NCBI GenBank assembly: GCA_052147195.1
Contig: JBKQLC010000114.1
Span: 450-64,449 of the forward strand
Direction of reading: 5' to 3'
DNA: 64,000 nucleotides
Source: Syntrophobacteraceae bacterium
Lineage (GTDB): Bacteria; Desulfobacterota; Syntrophobacteria; Syntrophobacterales; Syntrophobacteraceae
A model generated the notes under the pieces. The model saw only the letters and a list, made by a program, of their open reading frames with translations. It had not been told where the DNA came from and made no database searches. The translations under genes and the position numbers were made by a program. Positions 63,075 to 64,000 of the stretch are shown here, in pieces (position 1 is the first letter of the stretch; every line of letters starts with the position of its first letter).

Positions 63075-63959
63075 CTTGTCACCTTTGAGGAGTTTCCCGG
63101 TCTTGTCGTCAACCGTATAGTCCAGCAGGCTGGCCGTAATGAGCACAGTGATGAAATCCCGGCTGGATTCCCGCCACACTTCGGCTGGCTCTACTTCACG
63201 AACCGCAATGTTCTCAAGCCGGTTAATTATGTGCTCATGCTTCATTCTAGCGAATTCGCCGCCGAAATAGTCTCCCATTTCCCTGGTCAGCATGTTTTCG
63301 ACGCCATCCAGGCTGCGATTCATCCAGGCCGCCTGAACCCGGAAAAACAAGTCTTCGACCGTTTCAAGATATGTCTCGGTGTTAAATGAGGGATCAAATC
63401 TCCTGATTTCCTCCAGGCCTCTTTCCACCTCGTTAAGCTCGGAAATATAAGGCTGCCGGCTACCGCCGTAATGAGGTGCGCCAAGCTGCCGGTGGTTATC
63501 CCTGAGGTTCTCCTCATAATGGATGGACTGCCCGCCCCTTCTGCGTACAAAATACCTGTAGCCAAAGTAGATCAGCGCCCCGATTATTACCAGGTCCAAG
63601 AGTCCGAGTCCCCCGCCATATCCCATTGGTCCTGCGTACGCGCGGCCCCCGAAAAGTAAGTTCCCGATGAACCATGCCATAACACTGCCAGCAAAACCCG
63701 ACCAGAATGGACTTTTACTGCGGCCCATTCCCGAAGAGCCCGGCCCGGGGGTTGGCGTTATTCCAGGTGCCGGCGATGGAGCAGTTCCCGGTTTCTGCAT
63801 GGATTGGGCTGAGAAACTCCGACTTACAAAGCTCCCTGAGGACCCATCATCCCCGCCTTTGGCCCAGGCAGACGATTCCATCTCCAAGGCAACCGTCAAA
63901 ATAAGAGTTGCAAAAATAACAAGGACGCCGAACGCCCCTTTTCTCGACATCATTTTCAT
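62967..63959 (-). CDS. Membrane protein with C-terminal Tim44-like domain
   Basis: From ATG 63959 (SD AAGGAGAG): signal/TM, a Pro/Gly-rich linker, a second TM, then the Tim44-like domain (FDPSFNTETYLETVEDLFFRVQAAWMNRSLD...EFWTFTRDAGNRLWQLAGINQ). Confidence 0.75.
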   Translation of the reverse strand: MKMMSRKGAFGVLVIFATLILTVALEMESSAWAKGGDDGSSGSFVSRSFSAQSMQKPGTAPSPAPGITPTPGPGSSGMGRSKSPFWSGFAGSVMAWFIGNLLFGGRAYAGPMGYGGGLGLLDLVIIGALIYFGYRYFVRRRGGQSIHYEENLRDNHRQLGAPHYGGSRQPYISELNEVERGLEEIRRFDPSFNTETYLETVEDLFFRVQAAWMNRSLDGVENMLTREMGDYFGGEFARMKHEHIINRLENIAVREVEPAEVWRESSRDFITVLITASLLDYTVDDKTGKLLKGDKLNPVKFQEFWTFTRDAGNRLWQLAGINQPGEPSPN

Positions 63960-64000
63960 CTCTCCTTGGAATTCCAAGCACCCCCGCATTCCACACCGGC

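Overview
This 64-kb window looks like chromosomal DNA from an anaerobic Desulfobacterota or Syntrophia-like bacterium. That placement is inference from gene content only: a Desulfovibrio-type Mop aldehyde oxidoreductase, selenocysteine use, a sigma-54 enhancer-binding protein and CoA-ester metabolism. No rRNA, tRNA, CRISPR array or intact mobile element was recognised.

Layout from left to right:
- 0.1-3.9 kb: a molybdate uptake locus, with an HTH-PBP regulator divergent from TOBE-modB-modA-modC.
- 4.1-7.9 kb: a porin-like gene and a GH13 glucan enzyme.
- 8.0-20.5 kb: one long minus-strand cluster. It is headed by a MoeA-like protein and a 909-aa Mop-type molybdenum aldehyde oxidoreductase. 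Nine tightly coupled accessory genes of unknown collective function follow.
- 20.5-27.9 kb: accessory genes, including a secreted cysteine-peptidase pair, a coiled-coil protein, a U32 peptidase and a GYD protein.
- 27.9-45.1 kb: the region I consider most interesting. It starts with a PAS-GAF sigma-54 activator. Next comes an operon of two long family-III CoA-transferase paralogs plus four small Cys-rich proteins with no recognisable family. It also holds two paralogous MBL-TPR fusion proteins, an Amidoligase_2 gene with two tandem Ntn-type (class II) amidotransferase genes, and several micro-ORFs. A repeated about 100-bp element and a repeated -24/-12-like 16-mer appear to tie parts of this region into one regulon.
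- 45.4-52.1 kb: CoA ligase, thioesterase, selD, a PhaC-like synthase and a hydrolase.
- 52.6-64 kb: a conserved housekeeping block (dus, xth, rpsB-tsf-pyrH-frr-uppS-cdsA-dxr-rseP, tsaB).

One point the ORF track misses: selD is a selenoprotein gene. Its true N-terminus lies upstream of an in-frame UGA, with a SECIS-like hairpin downstream.

All family assignments come from reading motifs in the translations. No database search was run.
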